From Candidatus Omnitrophica bacterium CG1_02_40_15 (GTDB lineage: Bacteria; Omnitrophota; Gorgyraeia; Gorgyraeales; Gorgyraeaceae), in contig MNVP01000085.1 in the NCBI GenBank assembly GCA_001871815.1, forward strand, positions 1 to 35,115: 35,115 nucleotides of DNA, given 5' to 3'. The position numbers and the translations under genes are program-made. This document shows, in pieces, positions 33,684 to 35,115 of this stretch (within the stretch, counting starts at the first letter, position 1; every line of letters starts with the position of its first letter). The notes below the pieces were generated by a model that saw only the letters and a program-made list of their open reading frames with translations, had not been told where the DNA came from and did no database searches.

Positions 33684-34253
33684 TTATATTTGGGTTCCAG
33701 TCTTCCTTTTGGTTCTGCGAGTATCATCTATGGGATGAGTATTTTGTATTTTTAAGACACATTCTGAAATAATAAGATAGAGAATCTGGTATGCATGTTC
33801 AGTAACCCTATTTTCAAATCTAACATATGCTTCGCGGCCTACGCCATCTGTATTTAAATTTTGGCCTTGCACAACCATCCTGACTTTCTGTCTGCCGCTA
33901 TGGTCAAAAGGGAATTTATCCTGAACTGTTTTCATCTGGCCTTCTGTCATTGTTAGGATCAGGTCTGCTATTGGAATGCCCTCAGGAATCTCGTTAGGAA
34001 TATGCCCTGGTATAGATACATTAACATAATCGCTGGTTGAATCCAGCCCATAACTTTCAATTTCAAAATATGATCGTAAATCTTTTGGAATATACTCTTT
34101 AATAACAGCTGCAACAATAGGGCTTCTTTCTCTATTCTCATTGCATATAACCCAGATTGTAAAAAATGGTTCTTTAAGCCTGCTTCTGGAAATCAATGTC
34201 CTAAGCTGTGAAAATTTCTCTTCTAATGCTAACGCGGAAAATCTGCGATAATG
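33684..34253 (-). pseudogene. LMW-PTP/arsenate reductase-fold ORF, probably 5'-truncated by IS3
   Basis: WVICNENRERSP (CX5RS P-loop), IESYG, ADLILTM. The frame stays open without ATG from 34196 up to a TGA at 34254-34256, just inside the inferred IS end. Confidence 0.6.
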
Positions 34254-34323
34254 TCATAAAAGGATAAAAGGAGTTGTGTTGAAATCCTCCCTCGTTTAGA
34301 ATAGAAAGGAAGGGGGAAATAAA

Positions 34324-34665
34324 ATGGAAGGATTAGGCACAATAGATAATAATAGTATTGGGAGGCGGCGAAAAAAATTAACCGCCATGGAAAAATTCCA
34401 GCTATATCAGGAGACAAGCGCCAAGGATGCCCCTATCGGCGAAATACTGCGCAGGCATGGGCTTTATTCTTCAGAGCTTACCAAGATACGTAAACAGGTG
34501 GAAGAAGGCGCCCTTAAAGAGCTTGGGCGGAGAAGATACTCCAGGAAGCCTGAAACAGTATCGTATGAAGAGTATGCGAGGTTAAAAACAGAACTGTCCA
34601 ATAAAGAAAAAGCCCTTGCTCAGATGGGCGAGGAGTATCTTATTTTAAAAAAAAAGACGGATTAG
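34324..34665 (+). CDS. IS3 transposase OrfA
   Basis: HTH (GEILRRHGLYSSELTKIRK), coiled coil, ends ILKKK. Confidence 0.88.
   Translation: MEGLGTIDNNSIGRRRKKLTAMEKFQLYQETSAKDAPIGEILRRHGLYSSELTKIRKQVEEGALKELGRRRYSRKPETVSYEEYARLKTELSNKEKALAQMGEEYLILKKKTD
34650..34656 (+). promoter_or_regulatory. Programmed -1 ribosomal frameshift site
   Basis: A AAA AAG in the orfA frame; the -1 frame is open to the window end. Confidence 0.82.
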
Positions 34666-35115
34666 GCTTAAGAGGCGAGTTATCGTATAAAAAGATAACC
34701 GAATCCGCACAGAACGAGCTAATCAACATGATGAAGAGCTTGAAAGAATTAACAATACAAAAAGGATGCGAGGTCTTAAGGCTTAAGGTAAGGCGCTATT
34801 ACCGCTGGTGTAACAAAAAGCCTGTTATGAAGAAAATAGCATGGAACAAGATAACCCCGGATGAAGAAGACGCTATTCTTAAAGCCGCCAAAGACGAATC
34901 CCTGTCTGATTTTAGGGCGGCTGAGCTTATGGTATACGGCCATGAGAGTAAGGAGTTTTACTCTAGCGTCTCAACTATCCAGCGAGTATTAAAAAGAAAT
35001 GAACTACAGGCTCCTTACGATATACCCAGAAGAAAACGCCCTAAAAAGCCTGATATCAGGCATCTCATGAGTGAGCCCAAGAGAATCTTCAGCTATGACG
35101 CAACAGACTTTTACC
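34653..35115 (+). CDS. IS3 transposase OrfB, partial
   Basis: Hand translation of the -1 frame: KDGLGLRGE...GCEVLRLKVRRYYRW...SVSTIQRVLKRNEL...PKRIFSYDATDFY (first DDE Asp region); no stop. Confidence 0.85.

Larger units (their letters stand above)
34252..35115 (+). mobile_element. IS3-family insertion sequence (left part)
   Basis: orfA/orfB in 0/-1 frames with slippery A9G. Candidate left end TGTCATAAAAGG at 34252; right end is outside the window. Confidence 0.85.

Noticed and set aside
34229-34250. Family D remnant (AACGCGGAAAATCTGCG)
   Set aside because: A single unit lying in the open upstream frame of the PTP-like gene; could be chance.

Overview
About 32.4 kb of this window (260-32623) is one uninterrupted minus-strand block of 32 mostly housekeeping genes. 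In transcription order: lysS-lolE/C-lolD-ilvE-mcsA-mcsB-clpC-hyp-mlaE-ruvC-ruvA-ruvB-mlaF-mlaD-PIN/TRAM-ispD-ispF-cysS-tmk-holB-PSP1-metG-cysteine desulfurase-tatD-CPBP-DUF362-mtnA-thiL-tsaE-tsaB-alr-greA, headed by a consensus sigma70 promoter. The organism is a diderm (Lol, Mla) with Firmicutes-like synteny blocks; Omnitrophota/PVC is my inference. Both window ends run into insertion sequences: an IS30-like element on the left, and an IS3-family element with an A-AAA-AAG -1 frameshift on the right. A RelE-type toxin-antitoxin pair and an IS-truncated LMW-PTP-like gene lie near the right end. The striking feature is non-coding. All 22 gene junctions in the block with a gap above ~30 bp hold palindromic elements from several modular families (heptamer-array hairpins, decamer-array hairpins, ~170-200 bp three-hairpin elements, tandem-GA REP-like doublets), and a GTAG REP sits at the greA stop. 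Related elements sit in frame inside tsaB (twice), mtnA, lolD and cysS, and several supply stop codons. Several families share a YGAR/YGAR tandem G.A mismatch plus GNA-triloop grammar typical of folded ssDNA. No candidate mobilising enzyme is encoded in the window. All of this was read by eye; no searches or folding programs were run.
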